From Polyangiaceae bacterium (GTDB lineage Bacteria; Myxococcota_A; Polyangia; Polyangiales; Polyangiaceae), in the NCBI GenBank assembly GCA_050287085.1, contig JBNKBE010000009.1, forward strand, positions 32,001-96,000: 64,000 bases of DNA. The letters run 5' to 3'. Shown here piece after piece: positions 37,727 to 49,669 of the stretch. Numbering within the stretch: the stretch's first letter is position 1; every line of letters starts with the position of its first letter. Both the position numbers and the translations under genes were made by a program. Below the pieces are notes generated by a model. It was not told the origin of the DNA. It saw only the letters and a list, made by a program, of their open reading frames with translations, and did not search any database.

Positions 37727-37967
37727 AGGGTTGCTACTAACTACGTGTGGTAGCGCACAGCGTTCCTCAAAAAAAGCCAAAGGCCCTTCCGAAGCGCGTC
37801 GTCCGCAGCCGGAACAACTCATCAGTTAACAGGGGAGCCGTGCGACCTCCCAGTGCAACTTCGGCTGGGCGCGACCGATTTCCCAGCCGACCCAACGGTC
37901 GACCCGCAGCTCCGTGGCGGCGTCGCAGCCCGTCAGAAGGCGTTGAACGCCGGCCAGATCGCTACCT

Positions 37968-38534
37968 TCAGAGGCCACGCCGAGGACGACGACGGGCTTC
38001 CCCAAGCACCTTGAGCAGCTCCGTGTTCCGCTCTCGCCCCGGGTCATCGCGGAGCAACTGCCGCGCGACCGGGGCTCGTCGTACGTGCGTGACCGCGATG
38101 GCAAGAGCATCGGCAGCATCCGCGGGCGGTATTTCCTCCAACCCCAAGAGCATCGAAACCATCCGCGCCACCTGCCCCTTCTCGGCTCGCCCCGAGCCAG
38201 TAACCATGCTCTTGACGCGCGCCGGCGCATACTCGGCCATGGGCACCGCAAAACGCTCCAGCGTGAGAAGCACGACTCCACGGGCGTGACCCAACTTCGC
38301 CGCTGCCTGGGCGTCCTTGTGAAAGAACAGGGATTCGACCGCTCCGACGTCTGGTCTGTAGCATTCAATGACCGAGGCCAACTCATTCGACAGCACCAAA
38401 AGACGCGACGAAAGCGGCCTCTTCTCCCCTGCGCGAATGACCCCGTGACCGATATGGATCATTCGCCGACCCGTCACCCTCACAACGCCCCACCCGAGTA
38501 GGCGAGTGCCCGGATCGATGCCGAGAACGAGCAT
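37968..38534 (-). CDS. ruvC: Holliday junction resolvase RuvC
   Basis: LGIDPG, AVESLF, KLGHARG, GRAEKGQV, DAADALAIA. Confidence 0.96.
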   Translation of the reverse strand: MLVLGIDPGTRLLGWGVVRVTGRRMIHIGHGVIRAGEKRPLSSRLLVLSNELASVIECYRPDVGAVESLFFHKDAQAAAKLGHARGVVLLTLERFAVPMAEYAPARVKSMVTGSGRAEKGQVARMVSMLLGLEEIPPADAADALAIAVTHVRRAPVARQLLRDDPGRERNTELLKVLGEARRRPRRGL

Positions 38535-38707
38535 GTGGGTTTCATACCCCAGGCTCGGAACAAGTACCAAGATTTTGTTCAGTAGCCGCTGCACGTAAGG
38601 CATCGCTCAAGTGGCTCAGGTCTACCGCTCTGGCGTCCCGAGCTGAATGAGGCTACAGGGCGGTATTGCGTCACTCCTGTGGTGGCGACGCGCAACACGA
38701 ATTCCCA

Positions 38708-39010
38708 ATGAGTCAGCTTTCGCCCAAGCAACGTCAATTTCTCAAAGCCCTGGCCCACGCGCTCAAGCCCGTGGTGCAGATAGGCAACAAAGGCCTCTCC
38801 GACACGTTGGTTGAGCAGATCCGTGCCCAATTGGCGGCCCATGAATTGATCAAGATCCGCTTCAACACGGAGTCGAGTGTGGAGCCCGCAGACGCTACAG
38901 CAGACATAGTGACGCAGACCCGTTCGCAACTGGTGCAACTCACCGGCAGAATGCTAACCGTGTACCGGCGTCACGACGTCAAACCGAAGATCGCGCTCCC
39001 CAGAAGCTAA
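38708..39010 (+). CDS. yhbY: YhbY/CRM-domain RNA-binding protein
   Basis: LKALAHALKPVVQIGNKG, HELIKI, LVQLTG..L.VYR. Confidence 0.93.
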   Translation: MSQLSPKQRQFLKALAHALKPVVQIGNKGLSDTLVEQIRAQLAAHELIKIRFNTESSVEPADATADIVTQTRSQLVQLTGRMLTVYRRHDVKPKIALPRS

Positions 39011-39016
39011 CTTCGC

Positions 39017-39586
39017 ATGACTACTCCTCGTCCCATTCAAGACGCAGACAACCTGGTTTGGCTTGACCTGGAGATGACCGGGCTCGAAGTAGAGCGCCAG
39101 GTGATACTCCAAGCGGCAGTGATCATTACTAACAGCCAGCTTGAACCGCTTGCTGAACTGGCCGTGGACGTCTGGCAGCCGCCGACAGCATTTGAACACA
39201 TGTCTCCCTTTGTTCAGCAGATGCACGAGGCGACCGGCTTGCTTGCACGGGTGAAGACCTCCACCGTAGACCTTGCCGAGGCCGAGCAGCGACTGCTCAG
39301 GCTCGTGGCTTCGTATTGCCCGATGGGCGCTGTCTTATGCGGCAATAGCATCGGTCAGGATCGCCGTTTCGTCGATCGCTACATGCCGGGCCTGGCGGCG
39401 TATCTCGGCTACCGCATGGTCGACGTAAGCTCCCTCAAAGTGCTCGCCGGCCGCTGGTATGGCGACGCTGCCGTATACCCTAAAAGCAAGACCGGCGCGC
39501 ACGATGCCTTGGTCGACATCAACAACTCGATCAAAGAGCTACGGCACTACCGCGATACGCTCTTCGTAGCGGCTCCGCGCTCGTGA
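39017..39586 (+). CDS. orn: Oligoribonuclease
   Basis: LVWLDLEMTGL, LCGNSIGQDRRF, YRMVDVSSLK, HDALVDI. Confidence 0.96.
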   Translation: MTTPRPIQDADNLVWLDLEMTGLEVERQVILQAAVIITNSQLEPLAELAVDVWQPPTAFEHMSPFVQQMHEATGLLARVKTSTVDLAEAEQRLLRLVASYCPMGAVLCGNSIGQDRRFVDRYMPGLAAYLGYRMVDVSSLKVLAGRWYGDAAVYPKSKTGAHDALVDINNSIKELRHYRDTLFVAAPRS

Positions 39587-39670
39587 AGAGCGCATACCGC
39601 CGCTGGGGTCTCCCGCAGCGTAGCTCCGCGGAACTGCACCCCCTCTGCACCCCAGAGCCAACGGCTCATC

Positions 39671-39928
39671 TCAGCTCACTCGAGCCACACTTCGGGCAAA
39701 TAGGTTGAGCTGTGCGCTCATCCCGTTACGCTCTCCTGCGCACTTGCGCAGTCCTGGACCGGGACGCGCAGCGGCTCGCGGCGACTTGAGCGCCGGGCGC
39801 GCGAGCTCCGCGATGACGTCCGAACGCAGCGGCTCGGGCAGCTCGAGAACCAACTGAGCTGCGAACTCGGGATTGCGACGTGCGGTCGCCAGGATGGTCT
39901 TGAGTCGCGTCGAAGAACAAGCAGACAT
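39671..39928 (-). CDS. Small hypothetical protein with QLNLF motif
   Basis: Short ORF co-oriented downstream of tcdA; start 39928 or 39940. Confidence 0.35.
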   Translation of the reverse strand: MSACSSTRLKTILATARRNPEFAAQLVLELPEPLRSDVIAELARPALKSPRAAARPGPGLRKCAGERNGMSAQLNLFARSVARVS

Positions 39929-39994
39929 CTTGGGCCTCACCTTGACACGCGCGAGACGGCGCGGCCAAGTCCTCGACGGCAGACGAAGCTCCCC

Positions 39995-40918
39995 TCATCC
40001 GCGCTGACGAGGATCGGTCGCGATGAGGGCTTTGATCGCAACGCTGGCCGCAGCAAGGCCGAACGCGCCCGTTACGAAAGACGCCGTCCCATCGATTCGA
40101 GCACGACGATCGCAATCGTGCAGACCGTTCTTGCCGCCAGGACAGACGCAACGAAAGCCCCCTTCGTCGTAGCTGAGTTCGTGGGGAGCGATCGGTTCTT
40201 CTACGCTGAACACTGCCGAGACGCCGATCGGGGCGCCACGGGTCGCTTCGATTCCGTGCTGTTGACGCAGGATCTTGCGCAAGGCTCGAGCAAAGGGGTC
40301 CTTGATCGTATTGCTGAGATCGTCGATTCGAATTCGGGTTGGATCCAAGCGGGCGGCAGCCCCCATACAAGAGACGACCGGAATTGCGCGCGACAGACAC
40401 GTCGCAACCAGATGCCCCTTTGCCGTCAAGTTGTCGATCGCGTCGACAACAAAGTCGATCTTCCCCGACAAGATCTCAGCGCTCGTCTCGGCATTGTAGA
40501 ACTTCACCACCGGCTCGATCCGCCCGGTGGGGTGAACCAAACGCAAGCGCTCTGCCATGACTTCGACTTTGCGCCGTCCGACGGTGCCCTTCATCGCGTG
40601 CAGCTGACGGTTGCTATTGGTCACGCACACCTTGTCGAAGTCGACCAGATCAATGTGTCCGACCCCACTGCGAGCCAATGCTTCAGCAGCGAACGACCCG
40701 ACGCCCCCGACCCCCACCACCACGACGCGCGAACGCATCAAGGCATGTAGTCCAGGCTCTGTAAACAGACGCGCGGCTCGATCGAAACGGCGATGGGTCT
40801 TGAGGGGGGTCTCTTCGTCAAAGGCGTCGGTAAGAACGTCCTCGACGAGAGGCAAGCCGCGACCCGCTGCACCAGAGACAGCGGACCGGGTATCAGAAGT
40901 GAGCGGAAGTTGCGCCAA
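39995..40918 (-). CDS. tcdA: tRNA threonylcarbamoyladenosine dehydratase (ThiF family)
   Basis: VGVGGVGS, DFDKVCVTNSNRQ, VVDAID, SCMGAA.RLDP, DPFARALRK.L. Confidence 0.88.
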   Translation of the reverse strand: MAQLPLTSDTRSAVSGAAGRGLPLVEDVLTDAFDEETPLKTHRRFDRAARLFTEPGLHALMRSRVVVVGVGGVGSFAAEALARSGVGHIDLVDFDKVCVTNSNRQLHAMKGTVGRRKVEVMAERLRLVHPTGRIEPVVKFYNAETSAEILSGKIDFVVDAIDNLTAKGHLVATCLSRAIPVVSCMGAAARLDPTRIRIDDLSNTIKDPFARALRKILRQQHGIEATRGAPIGVSAVFSVEEPIAPHELSYDEGGFRCVCPGGKNGLHDCDRRARIDGTASFVTGAFGLAAASVAIKALIATDPRQRG

Positions 40919-40993
40919 GAGTGTCTGCCTTTGTAGCCGCTCAGACCAACCGCTGGTGATGGGTCAACCCGAGAAGGAGCGGCTCGGAAAGTC

Positions 40994-41773
40994 CTATGCT
41001 TTGGCCTTCTTACGCAACGGTGGCAGCTCGCGCTCAGTTGCGATCGAATGCAAGAAATCGCGATTCATGCGAGCGATGAAGCTCACCGGAATACCCTTTG
41101 GGCAAGCCGCCTCGCACTCGTTGTGGTTGGTACAATGCCCAAACCCCTCGACCTCCATCTGACTGGCCATCTTGAGGACCCGCGTACTCCGTTCGATCTG
41201 TCCTTGCGGCATCAAGCCCAGGTGACCGATCTTGGCTGCGGTGAACAAGCTCGCCGAGGCATTGGGACACGCGGCGACACACGCCCCACAGCCGATACAG
41301 GCCGCCGCATCCATCGCTAGATCGGCGTCCGCTTTCGCAATAAGCTGCTCGTTGGCGTCCTGCGCGCTGCCGGTCCGCGCCGAGATATAGCCTCCCGCCT
41401 GAATGATCGCATCGAAAGAACTGCGATCCACAATCAGGTCTTTGATCACGGGAAAGGCTGCGGCGCGCCACGGCTCCAGATAGAGCTCATCGCCGTCCTT
41501 GAACTTGCGCATGTGCAACTGACACGTCGTGGTGAGCTTCTGGGGTCCATGGGGCTCCCCATTGATCACCATCCCGCAAGCGCCACAGATCCCCTCACGG
41601 CAGTCGTGATCGAAGGCTATGGGCTCCTTGCCCTCTGTGATCAGCCCCTCGTTGACGACGTCGAGCATTTCCAAGAACGACATGTGCTCAGAAACGTTCG
41701 ACGCAATGTAGGTTTCAAAGCGCCCGCTGTCTGTGGGCCCGCTTTGGCGCCAGACGTGCAGGGTGAGCTTCAT
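40994..41773 (-). CDS. sdhB: Succinate dehydrogenase/fumarate reductase Fe-S subunit
   Basis: [17 protein letters not shown]...[14 protein letters not shown]. Confidence 0.96.
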   Translation of the reverse strand: MKLTLHVWRQSGPTDSGRFETYIASNVSEHMSFLEMLDVVNEGLITEGKEPIAFDHDCREGICGACGMVINGEPHGPQKLTTTCQLHMRKFKDGDELYLEPWRAAAFPVIKDLIVDRSSFDAIIQAGGYISARTGSAQDANEQLIAKADADLAMDAAACIGCGACVAACPNASASLFTAAKIGHLGLMPQGQIERSTRVLKMASQMEVEGFGHCTNHNECEAACPKGIPVSFIARMNRDFLHSIATERELPPLRKKAKA

Positions 41774-41784
41774 GAGGCGCTCGC

Positions 41785-43712
<1,928 letters not shown>

Positions 43713-43713
<1 letters not shown>

Positions 43714-44378
43714 TATTCAATCACCCCCAACAAGACGGCTACCGGCATCGAGATGTTGCCGACAATAACCAGAAGCGCCAAGGACTGGGGAATGACCTGA
43801 CGCCACATGTTGTAGCGGGGGTGGCTGAGTCCCAGGGTCTGAAACAGACTCCACGCCCCATGGTAGATATGAAAGCCGAGCAGCACCTGGGCGATCACGT
43901 AGATGCCCGTTACCCAGGGGATCTGAAAGCTAGCGACGAAAGCCGCGTACACGTCGTGATGGTCGTGAACGTAGTCCCCCATCGGCACACCAGGGAACGT
44001 GAAGTGGACCAGATGGTACAGTATGAACGCTGCGAGCATGGGCCCGGTGAGCTTCATGGTTCGGGCCGCATAGGTCGTGACCGCGCTGGTCTGCACGCGG
44101 TACGCATGCGGTCGCGCCGCCTGGGCCTGACGAACCAGGAGGATGGTGAAATAGGCATGAAGAGCCACCGAGCCCAAGACGATGAGGCGCATCACCCAAA
44201 GGATGGGCCCCAGAGATTGCATCGTTTCGGCGTAGTGGTTGTAGACTTCGGGTCCGAGAAAGATCTGAAGATTGCCGATCATGTGGGCAATCACGAAACC
44301 GAAGAGCACCAGTCCGGTGACGGCGACAATCGCCTTTTTACCGATGCTGGTATCGGTAAGCGTTAGCGTGCGTTGCAT
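43713..44378 (-). CDS. sdhC: Succinate dehydrogenase cytochrome b subunit
   Basis: SIGKK..AVTG, HMIGNL, five TM helices with His ligands, HIYHG.WS.FQTLG; TAATG overlap with sdhA. Confidence 0.95.
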
Positions 44379-44499
44379 GGCGACGCGACCTTAGTCAGAA
44401 GCTTCGCGGGCGCCCAGATCTTTCCGGCTTTTGCCTGCGCGAGTTCCCGCGAGCCGGTAGCGGACGCAGCTCCCTTCCGCGCGACCTACCGGCCGTCTG

Positions 44500-45315
44500 T
44501 CAGGAAGCCTCCTCGAGCGCGAACAATCCGCGCGCGTTTTGCGTAGATTGGGCCGCGAGCGTCGCAGGAGCCACCCCTCGGAGAGCGGCGATCGAATGGG
44601 CCACCTGCAACACCGTTGCGGGTTCGTTTCGCACGCCTCGCCCCTCCGGGGCCTGGTCGGGCGCGTCGGTCTCCAGAAGCAGGCGGCCATCTTGGATTCG
44701 GCTGGCGGCCGCTCGCATTCTACGCGCCCGCTCGTCCAATACGCCGGCCCCAAAACCACAATAGAAGCCCACCCGCTGCAATCGCTGCATCGACTCGATC
44801 GACCCGGAAAACGCGTGTAGGACGCCACCACGACGGGGGCGAATGCGCTCCAGAAGAGCCAGCACCTCCCCGAGCCCGCGTACGGCGTGCACAATGAGCG
44901 GCAGCTGAACTCGCTCCGCCAGCTCCACTTGGAACTGCAGGGCGCGGCGCTGAAGCGCCACGGAAGCCACATAGCGGGGCCGGCGATCGAGACCACACTC
45001 CCCGATGGCAACTGGCCGCTCCCGGGCCACCCGCTCGGGCAACGCTCGGAGCGCACTCAGGACCTCCGCTTCGCTCGCCGAGGCAACCCAATGCGGATGC
45101 AGCCCGACCGCGGTGCTCAGCCGAATCCGAGAATGGAAAGGCAAGCGGAGAGGCTCCGGCCCACAGCCGGGCACAACGATCCATTCGACCCCCGCTGCAG
45201 CGGCCCGATCCAACACCCGAGCCCGGTCGGAATTGAACTCCGGGAAGTCCAGATGACAGTGGGTGTCCACTAAGGGAAGAGCCGAGCGATTGAAAACCCG
45301 CGGCCCCTGCCCCAA
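44500..45315 (-). CDS. TatD-family hydrolase/DNase
   Basis: DTHCHLD, GLHP, AIGECGLD, VLHAFSG, LLETDAP; start uncertain (TTG 45315 or GTG 45270). Confidence 0.92.
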   Translation of the reverse strand: MGQGPRVFNRSALPLVDTHCHLDFPEFNSDRARVLDRAAAAGVEWIVVPGCGPEPLRLPFHSRIRLSTAVGLHPHWVASASEAEVLSALRALPERVARERPVAIGECGLDRRPRYVASVALQRRALQFQVELAERVQLPLIVHAVRGLGEVLALLERIRPRRGGVLHAFSGSIESMQRLQRVGFYCGFGAGVLDERARRMRAAASRIQDGRLLLETDAPDQAPEGRGVRNEPATVLQVAHSIAALRGVAPATLAAQSTQNARGLFALEEAS

Positions 45316-45328
45316 CGCGCGGCTCAGC

Positions 45329-46762
45329 TCAACAGGCACCGTGGTGGCCGGGCCTCGAGAAGATCTTGCCTGGATTGAGCAACCAACCAGGATCAAACGT
45401 GCCCTTGAGTCGCTGTTGCAGCGCGATCAGTGCCGCGGACTGTTCGATTGGCAGGTAGGGCGCCTTGGTCAGACCGATGCCATGCTCCCCGCTCAAGGTG
45501 CCGCCGAGCCGTACCGTGATGCGGAACAGCTCCTCTACCGCTTGGTCTACCCGCCTCTTCTCATCGTCGTCGTCGTAGAGGAAGTTGAAATGCAGGTTGC
45601 CATCCCCCGCATGACCGTACGCAAGGGAACGCACCTGGTGCCGCTCCGCGCTGGCTTCAGCCGCCTCGAGCAACGCTCCCAATTGGCGGCGCGGCACTGC
45701 GACGTCTTCACTGACCTTGGCGCGGGCAAGTCGGCGCACAGCATGACTCATCTCTCGCCGCGCTGCCCATAGCCGGGCGCGCTGTGCCTCATCCTGAGCC
45801 ACCAGCACTTCAAAGGCGCCGGCCGCGTCAAGCGCAGCGCCAATGCGCTCCATCTCGCGATCGACGGTGACTGTATCGCCGTCGACTTCGACCACCAGCA
45901 TAGCGGCAGCTCGCTCGTCGATCGCGTTGCCGGCCCTCCGCACCGCAGCCAGGGTCAAGGCGTCCAAGAACTCGATGCAGCGCGGCGTCAGCCCCGTCGC
46001 AAGAACCGCTTCGGTGGCGTTTGCAATGGCGCGAGGCTCGGAGAAAAGCGCCAGCAGGGTCCGCACTTGCTCGGGCCGTGGAACGAGCCGCAACGTCAGC
46101 TCGGTCGTAACGGCAAGCGTTCCCTCACTGCCCACCAAGAGCCCGGCCATATCGTAGCCAGTAACGCCCTTGGTGGTGCGACGCCCCGCGAAGATCGCGT
46201 CGCCGCCGATCAGACAAGCCGAAAGCCCCAGAACGTAGTCGCGAGTCACGCCATACTTGAGCGCACGGGGACCCCCGGCGTTGGTAGCCGCATTTCCCCC
46301 GATCGTACACGTCGCTTGAGAGTTGGGATCCGGAGGATAAAAGAGCCCCGCCGCTTCGGCTGCGCGATGCAGCTCCCCAAGCACCACCCCCGGCTCGACA
46401 ACAGCGATCCGCTCCACCGGATCAAGCTCTTTGATAGCGTTCATCCCCGTGGTCACCAGCACCAACCCGCCTGCAACCGCCACGGCCCCGCCGACCCGGC
46501 TGGTGCCAGCCGCGCGCGGCGTCACGGGAAGCTCAAAACGCTGACAGATGGCCAGCGTCTTGGCGACCACCGTCGGATCCTGCGCCAACACCACGCCACA
46601 TGGCAGCGGCCCGTCGAGCCCCGAGTCGTCAGTGCGCAGAGCTTCACGCGCTTCCTCGTGAGTGAGCACGGACGAAGCGCCGAGCTGGCGATGTAGCTCG
46701 ATCAAAGCACGCTCGGCGCGCCGCGCCGAGCCCGCCTCCGTCGCCGCGCGGGGATCGCCCAC
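45329..46762 (-). CDS. FAD-linked oxidase, GlcD / D-2-hydroxyacid dehydrogenase family
   Basis: YPPDPNS, GGNAATNAGG, GSEGTL, GHAGDGNLH, SGEHGIG, LNPGKIF. Confidence 0.92.
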   Translation of the reverse strand: MGDPRAATEAGSARRAERALIELHRQLGASSVLTHEEAREALRTDDSGLDGPLPCGVVLAQDPTVVAKTLAICQRFELPVTPRAAGTSRVGGAVAVAGGLVLVTTGMNAIKELDPVERIAVVEPGVVLGELHRAAEAAGLFYPPDPNSQATCTIGGNAATNAGGPRALKYGVTRDYVLGLSACLIGGDAIFAGRRTTKGVTGYDMAGLLVGSEGTLAVTTELTLRLVPRPEQVRTLLALFSEPRAIANATEAVLATGLTPRCIEFLDALTLAAVRRAGNAIDERAAAMLVVEVDGDTVTVDREMERIGAALDAAGAFEVLVAQDEAQRARLWAARREMSHAVRRLARAKVSEDVAVPRRQLGALLEAAEASAERHQVRSLAYGHAGDGNLHFNFLYDDDDEKRRVDQAVEELFRITVRLGGTLSGEHGIGLTKAPYLPIEQSAALIALQQRLKGTFDPGWLLNPGKIFSRPGHHGAC

Positions 46763-46939
46763 TCAGCGTCGCCCCTTGAAGCCCATCATCTGTTGGATCG
46801 CCGCCTCGCTATCCCGCGCCATCTGCTCGTCCTGTTCAGCTTGTTCTGCGCAGTCCTCACAGACCCGCTGGCGCCGCCCATCGATAGTCACCGTCACGAG
46901 CTCGTCTACCTCTTCTTGGCATGCCTTACAGATGGCCAT
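46763..46939 (-). CDS. Small CxxC-CxxC zinc-ribbon protein (58 aa)
   Basis: MAICKAC...VCEDC; stop abuts the GTG start of the oxidase gene. Confidence 0.7.
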   Translation of the reverse strand: MAICKACQEEVDELVTVTIDGRRQRVCEDCAEQAEQDEQMARDSEAAIQQMMGFKGRR

Positions 46940-47092
46940 GCGGACATAATAGTCGCCGAAGCCTCCGAGCGAAAGCGGGCTGGAGCCGCTCGACTCACGA
47001 CCGTGTCGGTTCACGGGACTCAAGACAGCCGTGGGGAATGTCGCCGATTGCGCTTGGTCGGCCAGTGAAGGTGCCCTATCGTGCGCGGCCCT

Positions 47093-48406
47093 ATGACGAC
47101 GGACGTGGCGGCGGACGCAACAACTCGAAACGACGGCCTCATGAAGGCCCTGGGCCCCGGTTTGGTGTTTGCCGCAGCCGCAGTGGGCGTCTCGCATCTG
47201 GTTCAGAGCACCCGGGCAGGAGCCCAATACGGCCTAGCCTTGCTCGGCTTCGTCGCGATCGCCAACGCGACAAAGTACCCGGCTTTTCGCTTCGGTCCGG
47301 AATACGCCGCCGCCACGGGTACCTCGTTGCTCGAAGGCTACCGCAAACAAGGTCGTTGGGCGCTAGCGCTCTACGCCCTGGTCACCGTGGCCACGATGTT
47401 TACGGTTCAGGCGGCGGTCACCGTGGTGACCGCCGGCCTCGCGCTCGCGACCTTCGGCCTGACCATCTCTCCGCTTGCCATCTCCGCGGTACTGATGGTG
47501 CTGTGTCTCGGACTGCTTGCCCTAGGCAACTACCGCTGGTTGGACCTGGCCACGAAGGTGCTAGTGGTGGTGTTCACAATCGCTACTCTCACCGCAACGC
47601 TGATGGTGCTTGGACGCATCGCGTGGACGGGCCCGTGGTGGCCAACGCTCACGACCACTGCCAGCGACGGAGCAAGCCATCTAGACGTCGCGGGGCTGAT
47701 GTTCATCGCTGCATTTGTCGGCTGGATGCCCGCGCCAATCGACATCGCAGTCTGGCAAAGCCTGTGGACTCTCGCCCGAGAAAAGGACACTGCGCACCCG
47801 CCAACGCTACGGGAAGCGCGCGTCGACTTCCATGTCGGATACCTGGGCAGCGTAGTGCTCGCCGTCTGTTTCGTGCTGATGGGAGCCGGTGTGATGTACG
47901 GCTCGGGCCGGGAATTCTCGAGCTCGGCAAGCCAGTTCGCCGCGGACGTCATTGGCCTCTATACGGAGACGCTCGGCCCCGCGAGCGGGATCATCATCGG
48001 CATAGCGGCCTTCGCGGTGATGTTCTCAACGACTCTAACCGTCATCGACGGCTTTCCACGGGCCCTCTCGACGCTCTACGCCCGGATGCGCAGTGCCGAA
48101 GAGCCCCACACAAGTGTCGACGCGGCCTCCACCCGCAGCTACTGGGTCAGCGCCCTTGTACTTCTGCTCGGTGCGCTGGCGGTCTTGGCGCTTTTCATGA
48201 CCAGCTTGAAAGCCTTTGTCGATCTCGCGACGACCCTTTCCTTCCTCACGGCTCCTGCGCTAGCGGGACTCAACCATCGCGTGATCACCGCACCTGAAGT
48301 GCCAGCCGAAGCTCGCCCAACCGGCCGCCTGCGTGCCTTCAGCTTGGCGTGCATCGTATTTCACACGTTATTCGCTCTTGGCTACCTGTACGTGCGCTTC
48401 GGATGA
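47093..48406 (+). CDS. NRAMP-like divalent metal transporter
   Basis: LGPGLVFAAAAVGVSHLVQSTRAGA, GWMPAPID, FSTTLTVIDG; about 11 TM helices. Confidence 0.85.
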   Translation: MTTDVAADATTRNDGLMKALGPGLVFAAAAVGVSHLVQSTRAGAQYGLALLGFVAIANATKYPAFRFGPEYAAATGTSLLEGYRKQGRWALALYALVTVATMFTVQAAVTVVTAGLALATFGLTISPLAISAVLMVLCLGLLALGNYRWLDLATKVLVVVFTIATLTATLMVLGRIAWTGPWWPTLTTTASDGASHLDVAGLMFIAAFVGWMPAPIDIAVWQSLWTLAREKDTAHPPTLREARVDFHVGYLGSVVLAVCFVLMGAGVMYGSGREFSSSASQFAADVIGLYTETLGPASGIIIGIAAFAVMFSTTLTVIDGFPRALSTLYARMRSAEEPHTSVDAASTRSYWVSALVLLLGALAVLALFMTSLKAFVDLATTLSFLTAPALAGLNHRVITAPEVPAEARPTGRLRAFSLACIVFHTLFALGYLYVRFG

Positions 48407-49644
48407 GCTGGCTTCCCATCACTAGCGGCGAGCGCGGAGCGCCCACCAGCGGCCCCGCCGACGCCCAACCCCCAAACGCGGTCTCCCTGGAACCCACGGC
48501 GAGAGCGCGCTGCTACCGCTGCTTCCGTCCGCAAGCGCTCTGCTACTGCGCTGACGTTCCGCAAATAGATAACGAGACGCCGATTATCATCCTGCAGCAT
48601 CCGCGCGAACGCTTCCATCCCATTGGTACGGCCCGCCTGGCCGCGCTCAGCCTCAAGCGCTGTGAGATCATCGTCAACAGTGACAGTCGCTTCGCGCGCG
48701 AGCCACTTCCTTTGCCGCAGGGCGCGGGACTGCTCTTTCCCGACGCGCACGCCCTGCCGCTGAGCCGCTTGCCCCCCAGCGCACGCCCCAGTGCGCTGGT
48801 CGTCTTGGATGGCACTTGGCATCACGCAAAAACGCTATTTCGCGACATCGACGCACTGCGCTCGCTGCCGCGCTACGCCTTTGTACCCCCACGACCCAGC
48901 CGCTATCGACTGCGCAAAGAGCCGCGAAGCGACTTCGTGTCTACGATCGAAGCCATCGCCTACGCCCTAACGGCCCTGGAACCCCAGACCCCAGGGCTCG
49001 ACAGACTGCTCGACGTATTTGAGCTCATGATCAATCGCCAGATCGAAGCTCAACCCACTGCTCTCGAAGGACGCAAGCGCAAGGCTGCGCGCCCCACCGC
49101 ACTGCGACGCCTTCCGCGCGCGTTTGCTGAGGACTTCTCTCGAGTGGTCGTCGCCTACGGCGAGGGGATCCGCGTCCCCACGGAGATGGGTGGCAGCCGC
49201 GGCGCTCGACGTCTGGTTCATTGGGTCGCCCGTCGACTCCGAGACGGTGCGGCTTTTGACGCACTGCTCGCCGACGGCGTGCAGTGCGGCGGAGACAGGC
49301 TGCGGTATCTGGGGCTCAGCCAGTCCGATCGCGCCAATGCCCTATCGCACCAGACCTTCCAGAACGCGTGGCAATCGTTCCTTCACCCGGACGACATTCT
49401 CGTGGGGTGGAACCAGGGCACCCTAGAGTTGCTCGACGACGTCGCGCCTTGGCGCGGGTCCTTGGCTTACCTCAAAGCGGCCTATCATGCAGTTCAGACC
49501 GTCCCCCCTGAACACGCAGGTGCGCCCGAGGACTTGGTCGCCTTTGAGCGCCTTACGCTTGAGAGCAGCGCGGTGCGGGGGCGAGCTGGCCTGCGCCTCG
49601 CAAACGCCGAGGCTCTGACGCGCTTCCTCGCGAAACGCGTCTGA
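48403..49644 (+). CDS. DTW-domain tRNA-uridine aminocarboxypropyltransferase-like protein with C-terminal extension
   Basis: RCYRC...CYC, LQHPRE, GTARL, LDGTW, YRLRKEP, STIEA; ATGA overlap with the transporter. Confidence 0.88.
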   Translation: MSWLPITSGERGAPTSGPADAQPPNAVSLEPTARARCYRCFRPQALCYCADVPQIDNETPIIILQHPRERFHPIGTARLAALSLKRCEIIVNSDSRFAREPLPLPQGAGLLFPDAHALPLSRLPPSARPSALVVLDGTWHHAKTLFRDIDALRSLPRYAFVPPRPSRYRLRKEPRSDFVSTIEAIAYALTALEPQTPGLDRLLDVFELMINRQIEAQPTALEGRKRKAARPTALRRLPRAFAEDFSRVVVAYGEGIRVPTEMGGSRGARRLVHWVARRLRDGAAFDALLADGVQCGGDRLRYLGLSQSDRANALSHQTFQNAWQSFLHPDDILVGWNQGTLELLDDVAPWRGSLAYLKAAYHAVQTVPPEHAGAPEDLVAFERLTLESSAVRGRAGLRLANAEALTRFLAKRV

Positions 49645-49669
49645 AGGCACATGGCACGTCCCGTAGCGG

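Noticed and set aside
37968..38534. RuvC as a Cas/TnpB-type nuclease
   Set aside because: Size and motifs match the stand-alone housekeeping resolvase; no IS ends or array
46921..48297. 458-aa Arg-rich ORF
   Set aside because: Alternative frame over the NRAMP-like transporter; composition is a frame artefact
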